In this document: piece after piece, positions 11,350-18,179 of the stretch
Position numbering within the stretch: position 1 is the stretch's first letter
Layout of the letters: each line of letters starts with the position of its first letter
Source: Breznakia sp. PF5-3
Lineage (GTDB): Bacteria; Bacillota_I; Bacilli_A; Erysipelotrichales; Erysipelotrichaceae
Reading direction: 5' to 3'
NCBI RefSeq assembly: GCF_029504745.1
Contig: NZ_JAQFIQ010000047.1
Span: forward strand, 1 to 18,230
Length of the DNA stretch: 18,230 nt
Position numbers and translations under genes: made by a program
Notes under the pieces: generated by a model
Seen by the model: the letters and a program-made list of their open reading frames with translations, nothing else
What the model was told of the DNA's origin: nothing
Database searches by the model: none

Positions 11350-11913
11350 TTAATATAATCCCTTTAACACTACTAAATCTTTCTTTTCATATCGATTATG
11401 TCCTGGCATACTCTTTTTATATTTCCAACATGCAATTGCGTCTTTCAAAGACTTTCCTTTATTATCCTTGAAAAAGTCTCTAATGTACGTATTATATTCA
11501 AATTGCTTATCAATTTTTTCTGGTTTTTGAGCTACAATGTTTGGATATGCTTCAATTGCTTCTTGATATGTCTTATCCGAATTTTCCTTTAACCACCGTT
11601 GAAACGCCACTTTAAATTTAAATCCTGCACCTAAATGGTATTCAAAAAAGGCACGCTTCTTTTCACTATAAGTTACAGGTGTTCCAATCTTAGTAGTTAA
11701 TGTAATTTCTTTATCATCTTCTTTATTAACTTTACGTTTATAACTCAATTTTTCTCCCGTATCAAGATAATGCACAATACGTTTATTTAAATCTTCTTTT
11801 TTCCCACCAATTGCTAGTCCTTCTTCACGACAAAATGATATCAGCTCTTCTTTCAAATAATAATACTTTTTAAATTCTTTACTATCTAAACCTTTCTTAA
11901 GCTTTGCACGCAC
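11350..11913 (-). CDS. Hypothetical protein with an N-terminal SAP-like motif (187 aa), function unknown
   Basis: GTG start, with GAGGAGG 8 nt upstream. Residues about 20-54 (LKEELISFCREEGLAIGGKKEDLNKRIVHYL) fit the SAP helix-loop-helix pattern L..EL......GL...G.K.DL..RI. The rest is Lys/Tyr/Trp-rich with no motif I can assign with confidence. I vaguely recall a bacterial SAP plus DUF family of this size. Confidence 0.8.
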   Translation of the reverse strand: MRAKLKKGLDSKEFKKYYYLKEELISFCREEGLAIGGKKEDLNKRIVHYLDTGEKLSYKRKVNKEDDKEITLTTKIGTPVTYSEKKRAFFEYHLGAGFKFKVAFQRWLKENSDKTYQEAIEAYPNIVAQKPEKIDKQFEYNTYIRDFFKDNKGKSLKDAIACWKYKKSMPGHNRYEKKDLVVLKGLY

Positions 11914-11935
11914 AACCTTTACCTCCTCTTATAAT

Positions 11936-11967
11936 AAAAAAAACAGAAGAAATAATTATTCTTCTGT
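11936..11967 (-). terminator. Strong rho-independent terminator at the end of nusG
   Basis: Minus strand: ACAGAAGAA-TAATTAT-TTCTTCTGT followed by TTTTTTTT. The 5' arm encodes the last nusG codons (T-E-E) and the stop codon TAA sits in the loop. Confidence 0.85.
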
Positions 11968-12543
11968 TTGTGGCATTTCTACTTCTACTGTATTTACAAA
12001 TTCTACTTTTTCAAGTTCACCAAAACCAATTTCAGTAGGTGTTTCTCTACCAAACAACGTTGTCAATACAACAGCTACTTGATTTTCGTGATTCAACTCT
12101 TCTACCGTTCCTTCTACATTTGCAAAAGGACCACTTAGAATTCGTACATGATCTCCGACTTCGAAATCGATATTGATTTTCTTTTCGCTCATACCCAAGC
12201 GTCTAAGAATTGAATCAATTTCTTCTTCTGCAACTGGGAATGGTTTTGCACCACCACCACTTGATCCAATAAATCCTGTAACACCTGGTGTATTACGAAC
12301 AATATACCAAGCTTCATCAGTCATGATCATCTCAACAAATAAATACCCCGGAAAAAGATTTTTAACCTTCTCTACCTTTTTTCCGTTTTTATATTCAATT
12401 TCACTTTCTTCAGCAACAATGATTCTAAACAAGTAATCTTGTAAGCCCATCGTTTCAACACGACGTTCCAAGTTTTCTTTTACCTTGTTTTCATGTCCTG
12501 CATACGTATTTACAACATACCATTCTTTATTTATTTGACTCAT
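11956..12543 (-). CDS. nusG: Transcription termination/antitermination factor NusG
   Basis: 195 aa with an NGN domain (WYVVNTYAGHENKVKENLE) and a KOW motif (GDHVRILSGPFANVEGTVEEL). Synteny is secE-nusG-rplK. Confidence 0.97.
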   Translation of the reverse strand: MSQINKEWYVVNTYAGHENKVKENLERRVETMGLQDYLFRIIVAEESEIEYKNGKKVEKVKNLFPGYLFVEMIMTDEAWYIVRNTPGVTGFIGSSGGGAKPFPVAEEEIDSILRRLGMSEKKINIDFEVGDHVRILSGPFANVEGTVEELNHENQVAVVLTTLFGRETPTEIGFGELEKVEFVNTVEVEMPQTEE

Positions 12544-12544
12544 A

Positions 12545-12727
12545 TTATATACCTAATAAATCATTTATGAACCACGCATTAAATGCTGTACATAAAACAA
12601 AGAACAATGCAAATGCAGCAGTAAAAATTAAAACCGTTCCACTGTCGATCGCCAAGTCTTTTGGTTTTGACCAACGAATACGTTTGATTTCTGCAATAAT
12701 TCCACGGATGCTAAACCATTTCAACAT
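12545..12727 (-). CDS. secE: Preprotein translocase subunit SecE
   Basis: 60 aa with a single C-terminal TM helix (VLIFTAAFALFFVLCTAF) and the conserved RWSKPKD segment. GGAGG SD. Located between rpmG and nusG. Confidence 0.93.
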   Translation of the reverse strand: MLKWFSIRGIIAEIKRIRWSKPKDLAIDSGTVLIFTAAFALFFVLCTAFNAWFINDLLGI

Positions 12728-12739
12728 ACTGTTTACCTC

Positions 12740-12889
12740 CTATTTCGTTTCTTTATGCAATGTGTGCTTACCACACTTTTTACAGTATTTTTTTATCTCC
12801 ATTCGCTTAGAATGGGTTTGTTTATTCTTTTGAGTCGAATAATTTCGTGATAAGCATTCACTGCAAGTCAAGATAACTTTTTCACTCAT
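12740..12889 (-). CDS. rpmG: 50S ribosomal protein bL33 (49 aa, Zn-ribbon C+ form)
   Basis: Absent from the ORF track because it is under 60 aa. Hand translation: [49 protein letters not shown], with CxxC...CxxC. GAGGTGA SD. It occupies the canonical position upstream of secE. Confidence 0.92.
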   Translation of the reverse strand: MSEKVILTCSECLSRNYSTQKNKQTHSKRMEIKKYCKKCGKHTLHKETK

Positions 12890-12911
12890 ATTCTCACCTC
12901 ATCGCTCTAAT

Positions 12912-12940
12912 ACTTTATCACAACAAGGCCTATTAGTCAA
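12912..12940 (-). promoter_or_regulatory. Putative promoter for rpmG-secE-nusG
   Basis: Minus strand: TTGACT (12940..12935), 17-nt spacer, TGaTAAAGT extended -10 (hexamer 12917..12912). Confidence 0.45.
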
Positions 12941-13002
12941 TGAATCTCACAAAAAGTGCACACCAAAAAACACTATTTGAATACTTCGCTTTTGATATTT
13001 AT

Positions 13003-13614
13003 TTAAATTGAAACAAAACTTCTCAGCAATCGTTTTATTTTATATAAAATATTATCGATTTTCTTCTCATTTTCGCCTGTCATAGTTGCAATTTCTCGAT
13101 ACGAAAAACCTTCTTCCCAACTACGATATATTTCCTGTTCTAAAGGACTTAGCTTCTTAATAATCATATTAATTTCTTCCATTACCGACCCAATATAGGC
13201 TTCCCATTTTGGATCTCCATAATGAGTAACATTTGCTATCGTATCTGATATTTTGATACCTTCATAGTCATTAATTAATTGGTCAATAGAAATAGCTTCT
13301 CTATTTGCTCTACATATATCGCTATATACATGCCTCATATAGTTAAACACTGCTCGTTCCATAACTATCTTAAAATAGGAACTGAAACGACATCCCATAT
13401 TTTCTTTATAACTATTCACTGCACTACATAATGAAATTAATGCTATTTGATAAATATCATTAATTTCACAACTTGTTTTTACACTGTTTGAATATCTATG
13501 TGCATAAGCCATTAATATTCTTTGATATTTATTAATTAACTGTCTAAGTGCATCCTCATCTCCTTGACGATAAAGGTAAAGAAGTTCGTTATCATTTTTT
13601 TGACGATTCTCCAT
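13003..13614 (-). CDS. sigH: Sigma-70 family alternative sigma factor, SigH-like (203 aa)
   Basis: Region 2 (GDEDALRQLINKYQRILMAYAHRY) and region 4 (LSPLEQEIYRSWEEGFSYREIATMTGENEKKIDNILYKIKRLL) resemble B. subtilis SigH. The position between rlmB and rpmG is also the same. Confidence 0.8.
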   Translation of the reverse strand: MENRQKNDNELLYLYRQGDEDALRQLINKYQRILMAYAHRYSNSVKTSCEINDIYQIALISLCSAVNSYKENMGCRFSSYFKIVMERAVFNYMRHVYSDICRANREAISIDQLINDYEGIKISDTIANVTHYGDPKWEAYIGSVMEEINMIIKKLSPLEQEIYRSWEEGFSYREIATMTGENEKKIDNILYKIKRLLRSFVSI

Positions 13615-14341
13615 CTCTCATCTCATCCCTTCTATTGTTAAATATTTCATACAACAATACTCCACATGCAACAGAAGCATTCAACGATGTCACATGCCCT
13701 TCCATTGGTAAAGAGATAAAATAATCACAGTTTTTCTTAACAAGATTCGATATACCAAAGCCTTCACTTCCAATAACCAGCACTAGTGGCATCCGATAAT
13801 CTACAGAATGATAATCACTTGCGTTTTCCATATCTGTTCCAATTACCCAAAACCCTTCGTCCTTAAGTGACTGTAATGTTTTTGATAAGTTCGTCACTTT
13901 ACATACCGGAACATGATCAATCGCGCCTGTGGAAACTTTTGCAACCGTCGCATTCAATTCAACACTTCGGTGCTTACCAATAATTACACCATCCACATTG
14001 ACAGCATCACATGTTCTTAGAATTGCCCCTAGATTATGAGGATCCTCAATCCCATCCAACATTACCAACAAAGGATATTTCCCTTTTGGATGTTTCAATA
14101 CTTCTGATAATTCATAGTACCGATAGGCATCAATTGTCGCTACAATGCCTTGATGATTTTGAAAATTACTCAATTGATCCAAACGCTTCTTGCTCACTTT
14201 AGATAATTTTATCCCCTTATAGTATATTACCGATAATATATCTTTGTCCTTAAAATTTTCAAAAATATTTATTTCATAAATCTTTTTATCATCTTCCAGT
14301 AGCTGTTTAACTACATTTTTTCCATATACATATTGTTTCAT
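13592..14341 (-). CDS. rlmB: 23S rRNA (guanosine-2'-O)-methyltransferase RlmB (SpoU/TrmH family)
   Basis: 249 aa with SpoU motifs NLGAILRTCDAVNVDGVII, LVIGSEGFGIS and IPMEGHVTSLNASVACGVLLYE. Synteny matches B. subtilis yacO. Confidence 0.9.
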   Translation of the reverse strand: MKQYVYGKNVVKQLLEDDKKIYEINIFENFKDKDILSVIYYKGIKLSKVSKKRLDQLSNFQNHQGIVATIDAYRYYELSEVLKHPKGKYPLLVMLDGIEDPHNLGAILRTCDAVNVDGVIIGKHRSVELNATVAKVSTGAIDHVPVCKVTNLSKTLQSLKDEGFWVIGTDMENASDYHSVDYRMPLVLVIGSEGFGISNLVKKNCDYFISLPMEGHVTSLNASVACGVLLYEIFNNRRDEMRDGESSKK

Positions 14342-14724
14342 TTTTTATCACCTAATGTTAGTACAATCTGTAATAATTGAGCTAATCTTTCTTCTTGCTT
14401 CTGCAAGTATAAATACCCCCATAATGCTTCAAACCCTGTTGAACTACGATATGTTAATACATCTGCATTTTTCGCAATGCTTTGTGTCTTACTATTACGT
14501 CCACGTTTAACAATCACCATCTCTTCTTCACTTAATAACTCATTATCCATAAAATATTTTAGAAAGGATGCCTGTGCTTTTGCACTAACATATCCCACGG
14601 TTAATTTCTGAAGTACATTTGGTTTTTGATACCCTAATGCCACAAGATATTCCCGTATTTGTAAAGAGAAAACAGCATCACCAATATAAGCTAAAGTTGT
14701 CCCATTCAAACCAATGATTTCCAT
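14338..14724 (-). CDS. mrnC: Mini-ribonuclease 3
   Basis: 128 aa with an RNase III-like signature (LAYIGDAVFSLQIREYL). It follows cysS directly with a TAATG overlap and overlaps rlmB by ATGA. Confidence 0.9.
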   Translation of the reverse strand: MEIIGLNGTTLAYIGDAVFSLQIREYLVALGYQKPNVLQKLTVGYVSAKAQASFLKYFMDNELLSEEEMVIVKRGRNSKTQSIAKNADVLTYRSSTGFEALWGYLYLQKQEERLAQLLQIVLTLGDKK

Positions 14725-16058
14725 TATAATAAACCTCTACTTTGCAAATTATTACGAAGTTCATCAGCTAACGCAAAATCCTTATCACGCTTTGCCTGTT
14801 CCCACTTATCAAATTCATCACGATCCTTCTTACTTACCTCAACGCGGGGAAGCAGAATCCCTAGGATACTCAACATTTTTTCAATTGTATACACGGTTTT
14901 TCCAACTTCTTCAAAAGCAATTTCTCTTTGGCGTAAACTTGCATTTAATTTCTTGTTCGCATCAAACAAAGCTTTAAATGCATTTGAAGTATTCAGATCA
15001 TCTTGCATTGCAACCAAAAATGGTTGGTATATATCATCGACAATTTCCTCTACAATATTCTGATTTTTCAAAGCCAGTTTCACATATGCTTGACGAAGTG
15101 ATGTTTGAAATTTCTCTAACTCTGTTTTCGCATTCTGAATCGTTTCTTCATTAATATTCAAAGGTGAGCGATAATGGGTTGATAACATCAACCATCTAAC
15201 CGTATTACCTCCCAATTCATAAATAAAATCTTTTGCCCAAATTACATTACCAAGTGATTTCGACATTTTAGATCCATCAATATTCAACATTCCATTGTGG
15301 ACCCAATACTTAGCTACATGACTATGATTTGCTGCACATCCTTGTGCAATTTCATTTTCATGATGAGGAAACTTTAAATCCATTCCACCACCATGAATAT
15401 CAATCATTTGTTGATGAAATTCTTTTTCAATCATAACCACACATTCTGTATGCCAACCAGGTCTCCCTTGTCCCCATGGAGAGTCCCATTTTATACCAGC
15501 TTCTGTTTTTTTCCATAAAGTAAAATCAAGTGGATTTTCTTTTCTATCATTTTCATCAATACGAGCACCTACCATGAGATCTTCAATTTTTTGCTTTGAT
15601 AATTGACCATAATCTTTTACCTTACTAACCCTAAAATATACATCACCATCAATCGCATATGCATATCCCTTTGTTTCTAAATCTTTAATAAAAGCAATAA
15701 TCTCATCCATGCTATTCGTCACTCTAGGCGTTGCATCTGGAAGATCTGCATTAAGTGATAAACGATCTTCATTATATGCATCGATATAGCGATTACTTAT
15801 TACCAGTTCACTAACCTTTTCATCTACTGCCTTTTTAATTATCTTATCATCAACATCCGTAAAATTAGATACATATCTAACTTTATATCCACTTGCCTCT
15901 AATGTTTTCTTAAGCGTATCAAACACTACGATTGGCCTTGTATTCCCAATATGTGGATAATTATATACGGTTGGTCCACAAACATACATGCTCACTTCAC
16001 CTGGATGAATTGGCACAAACTCCTCTAATGTATTACTTAACGAATTGAATAATTTCAT
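14724..16058 (-). CDS. cysS: Cysteine--tRNA ligase
   Basis: 444 aa with class I HIGH (PHIGNTRP) and KMSKS motifs and the WHTECV Zn-site region. AGGAGG SD. A Cys T-box lies upstream. Confidence 0.98.
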   Translation of the reverse strand: MKLFNSLSNTLEEFVPIHPGEVSMYVCGPTVYNYPHIGNTRPIVVFDTLKKTLEASGYKVRYVSNFTDVDDKIIKKAVDEKVSELVISNRYIDAYNEDRLSLNADLPDATPRVTNSMDEIIAFIKDLETKGYAYAIDGDVYFRVSKVKDYGQLSKQKIEDLMVGARIDENDRKENPLDFTLWKKTEAGIKWDSPWGQGRPGWHTECVVMIEKEFHQQMIDIHGGGMDLKFPHHENEIAQGCAANHSHVAKYWVHNGMLNIDGSKMSKSLGNVIWAKDFIYELGGNTVRWLMLSTHYRSPLNINEETIQNAKTELEKFQTSLRQAYVKLALKNQNIVEEIVDDIYQPFLVAMQDDLNTSNAFKALFDANKKLNASLRQREIAFEEVGKTVYTIEKMLSILGILLPRVEVSKKDRDEFDKWEQAKRDKDFALADELRNNLQSRGLL

Positions 16059-16074
16059 AATTCCTCCTACAAAT

Positions 16075-16261
16075 AAAAAAACACCTCACGATAGAGGCGT
16101 TATAAACGCGGTCCCACTCTACTTGGTTCTTGTAATCTGTTAACGCCATCTACGTTGACCTAAAAAAGTGCATTTCAATACTTCCACCAGATTTTTTCAC
16201 CAACCAAATCTTCTCTATGCGTTTCCATATTGTTCTTGTTCTTTATCATCAGTCTTATTCT
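16075..16261 (-). promoter_or_regulatory. T-box leader, cysteine specifier (UGC)
   Basis: Minus strand shows a stem I base with an AGAGA GA-motif. The specifier loop reads AGUAUUGAAA-UGC-A, with the codon at 16172..16170. The T-box sequence is AAGUAGAGUGGGACCGCG (16124..16107). The terminator CGCCTC-tatcgt-GAGGTG plus TTTTTTT (16099..16075) can alternatively pair via TAGAG/CTCTA as an antiterminator. Confidence 0.9.
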
Positions 16262-16267
16262 GTATAG

Positions 16268-16296
16268 ATTATACCAAGTTCTATGCTTTCATGCAA
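16268..16296 (-). promoter_or_regulatory. Sigma-A promoter of the cysS T-box operon
   Basis: Minus strand: TTGCAT (16296..16291), 17-nt spacer, TGgTATAAT (hexamer 16273..16268). Confidence 0.65.
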
Positions 16297-16339
16297 TTTT
16301 TTCATCAATTTCTTATCTTCAAAATATTTCCCTATATCA

Positions 16340-16348
16340 TGCTATAAT
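16340..16348 (+). promoter_or_regulatory. Extended -10 promoter element (TGcTATAAT) of the radical SAM gene
   Basis: TATAAT lies at 16343..16348, preceded by TGc. The ATG at 16355 is exactly 7 nt after the hexamer. No SD and no good -35 are present. Confidence 0.45.
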
Positions 16349-16354
16349 ATTTCT

Positions 16355-17230
16355 ATGAAATATACACACATCCAATCCAAAACAGCATTACACAAATTAA
16401 GACCAGGGCGTCTTCCGTTCGACTATGATCTGAATTTGTATCGTGGATGCGCACATGGATGTATTTATTGTTATGCTATGTACTCGCACCAATATATGGA
16501 ATCCGAAGCATATTTTGATGAAATTTTCATAAAAGAGAACATCGCTGAAATTCTAGAAAAGGAATTACATACAAAAAAGAAAGGAAAAATAAACTTAGGT
16601 GGGGTATGTGACAGCTATCAGCCTATCGAAGTTACAGCCGAATTAATGCCCAATGTATTAAAATCCTTAATCAAGCACAAAACACCTATTGTAATTTCCA
16701 CCAAATCTGATTTATTACTAAGAGATATTGAGTTAATAAAGGAACTATCCGAACTCGCTGAAGTTAATATCGCTGCTACAATTACAACGATGAATGAAGA
16801 TATCAGAAAAAAAATAGAGCCTGGAACTGTCTCAAGTGAAAGACGCTTTCAAATGCTTGAAAGATTAAAAAAAGAAACCAATGCAAATGTTGGCGTTCAC
16901 CTGATGCCCATCATTCCTTATCTCACAGATACAAGAGAAAATTTAGAAGAAATCTATCGCAGAGCAAACGAAATCGAAGCCGATTATGTCTTGCCTGGAA
17001 TCATGTACTTACGAGGAAAAACTAGAAACGTATTCTTCGAGAAAACCGAAAAACTTTTTCCCAACGAACATGAAAAATTAAAAAAGATGTATGCTTATAA
17101 ATATGATCGTAGTCCATACAAAAAAGCACTTTATACTTACATCAATGAATTACGTAAAACGTATGGTTTTAATCACAGTAATAAAATAGATAAAAAAATA
17201 AAATCTAATGAACAATTAAAACTATTTTAA
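16355..17230 (+). CDS. Radical SAM protein, SPL/COG1533-like (uncharacterised subfamily), 291 aa
   Basis: Contains the CxxxCxxC cluster in LYRGCAHGCIYCYA near the N-terminus, typical of the DNA-photolyase-like COG1533 family. There is no C-terminal Cys-rich (SPASM) region. The ORF track begins at 16283, but those 24 extra codons overlap the cysS promoter and look like junk, so I prefer the ATG at 16355. Confidence 0.85.
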   Translation: MKYTHIQSKTALHKLRPGRLPFDYDLNLYRGCAHGCIYCYAMYSHQYMESEAYFDEIFIKENIAEILEKELHTKKKGKINLGGVCDSYQPIEVTAELMPNVLKSLIKHKTPIVISTKSDLLLRDIELIKELSELAEVNIAATITTMNEDIRKKIEPGTVSSERRFQMLERLKKETNANVGVHLMPIIPYLTDTRENLEEIYRRANEIEADYVLPGIMYLRGKTRNVFFEKTEKLFPNEHEKLKKMYAYKYDRSPYKKALYTYINELRKTYGFNHSNKIDKKIKSNEQLKLF

Positions 17231-17270
17231 AAGCCCTATGATACTTGCATTCACCAATATCATAGGGCTT
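17231..17270. terminator. Strong hairpin terminator between convergent genes
   Basis: AAGCCCTATGATA-(14 nt)-TATCATAGGGCTT forms a 13-bp perfect stem. On the plus strand it is followed by ATTTTATATTTTT. On the minus strand only TT follows, so it is clearest as the radical SAM terminator and may be shared. Confidence 0.8.
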
Positions 17271-17281
17271 ATTTTATATTT

Positions 17282-17767
17282 TTATTCATCAAGTTCGCAT
17301 ATAGCTCTACCAGCCTTATCTTTTTTATAAGGTACCGTACATTTGACCTTCATTCGCTTTCCACTATCACGATAAGAGCTATTTGCTTCCCTTTCATAAA
17401 CAACTCCATATACCACGTATTCAGAACCTTCTTTGGATATCTTGGCATCCTCTTCTTTAAACATCGTTTTCACGTCCCATTGATATTCAATTTCATCTTT
17501 CGCCGCTTCATACACTTGCGTTTCTGCTTCTCCACCCGAAACCATTGAAACCACTGCACCAATAATCATAAAAATCGCAAAACCTATTCCAATTTTTATA
17601 AATAAGGCTTTGTCTCTTTTTGATCTTTGATTGCGCATTTGAGACAGCTCTTTTCTACGCTTTAAAGCTTGTTCTTCTTTGGTAATCCTAATAACTGGAG
17701 CACCACATTTTGGACAACTATCTGCATTGTCTTTTATTTCACTTTTACAATATTCACATCGTTCCAT
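17282..17767 (-). CDS. Zinc-ribbon domain membrane protein (161 aa), function unknown
   Basis: The N-terminus carries CEYC...CPKC (zinc ribbon), followed by a basic linker, one TM helix (ALFIKIGIGFAIFMIIGAVVSMV) and an extracytoplasmic domain of about 85 aa with two Cys. GAGGG SD. Confidence 0.8.
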   Translation of the reverse strand: MERCEYCKSEIKDNADSCPKCGAPVIRITKEEQALKRRKELSQMRNQRSKRDKALFIKIGIGFAIFMIIGAVVSMVSGGEAETQVYEAAKDEIEYQWDVKTMFKEEDAKISKEGSEYVVYGVVYEREANSSYRDSGKRMKVKCTVPYKKDKAGRAICELDE

Positions 17768-17789
17768 TTCTAACCCTCACATTACTATA

Positions 17790-17818
17790 AATATACAATA
17801 TTTTAAGACGATAAACAA
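17790..17818 (-). promoter_or_regulatory. Possible promoter of the zinc-ribbon gene
   Basis: Minus strand: TTGTTT (17818..17813), 17-nt spacer, TATATT (17795..17790). This is a weak match in an AT-rich region. Confidence 0.25.
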
Positions 17819-17961
17819 CTAGAAAATCTCATATTTATTATAAAATAATCACCTCTGTAAAGGTTTCTCACAAGGAAGATTTTTCAAAAGATATTTCATT
17901 ATGTAGCTTTTACTTTTTAAGTAATACTAATCAATGCAGTTTAATCACAATTAAATAAAGT

Positions 17962-17988
17962 AAAAAGGATATAAAATCATTATATCCC
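17962..17988 (-). terminator. Rho-independent terminator downstream of the 38-aa ORF
   Basis: Minus strand: GGATATAA-tgatt-TTATATCC followed by TTTTTACTTTATTT. It lies 27 nt after the small-ORF stop codon. Confidence 0.75.
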
Positions 17989-18014
17989 TCTTACTTAATT
18001 AACTTTTCCAGACC

Positions 18015-18131
18015 CTATTTATGTGGGATCAATGGAAACATTGGAGATTGTGACCAAAAAGGACAAGCCGCCTTAGATTTTGGCATATTCTTTTTGGAAA
18101 CCTTTCGTTTTAACGGATTAACAAGTTTCAT
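18015..18131 (-). CDS. Candidate small basic peptide (38 aa), possibly an AgrD-like autoinducer precursor
   Basis: Hand translation: MKLVNPLKRKVSKKNMPKSKAACPFWSQSPMFPLIPHK. There is a weak AGGA SD 6 nt upstream. The region has locally higher GC than flanking spacer and a dedicated terminator. It is absent from the ORF track because it is under 60 aa. The coding status is unproven. Confidence 0.35.
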   Translation of the reverse strand: MKLVNPLKRKVSKKNMPKSKAACPFWSQSPMFPLIPHK

Positions 18132-18142
18132 GTTTTTTCCTG

Positions 18143-18179
18143 GTATATTAGAAATGACTTATCTAAGTCTCTAATATAC
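18143..18179. repeat. 37-nt near-perfect palindrome
   Basis: GTATATTAGA (18143..18152) pairs with TCTAATATAC (18170..18179). An inner pair GACTTA/TAAGTC lies at 18156..18161 and 18164..18169. The palindrome ends 11 nt upstream of the small-ORF ATG. Confidence 0.8.

Noticed and set aside
10192-12833. Plus-strand ORFs 10192..10539, 10490..10702, 10668..10862, 11041..11229, 11398..11592, 12173..12436 and 12567..12833
   Set aside because: They are antisense to rplA, rplK, the SAP-motif gene, nusG, secE and rpmG. They have no SD sequences and are explained by the real minus-strand genes.
12941-13002. Possible terminator after the sigma gene
   Set aside because: Only 3-4-bp stems are available (AGTG..CACT, GTGCAC), with no convincing hairpin plus U-tract. 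Read-through into rpmG-secE-nusG is therefore likely.
16283-16354. Longer N-terminal extension of the radical SAM ORF (MLSCNFFINFLSSKYFPISCYNIS)
   Set aside because: It has no SD. It overlaps the -35 and spacer of the cysS promoter on the other strand. The extension does not resemble the family N-terminus, whereas the ATG at 16355 restores the usual distance to the CxxxCxxC motif.
18021-18053. Tiny Trp-rich plus-strand ORF MWDQWKHWRL, and other 10-16-aa ORFs in the 17768..18230 spacer
   Set aside because: They are too short, lack RBS sequences, and lie antisense to or inside the better-supported 38-aa ORF and terminator.
16355-18131. Radical SAM enzyme plus nearby small Cys-containing peptide as a RiPP (sactipeptide or ranthipeptide-like) cluster
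   Set aside because: The radical SAM protein is of the COG1533/SPL type and has no SPASM or auxiliary-cluster Cys residues. It is on the opposite strand. A 13-bp-stem terminator and an unrelated zinc-ribbon gene separate it from the peptide ORF, and each unit has its own terminator. The peptide has only one Cys.
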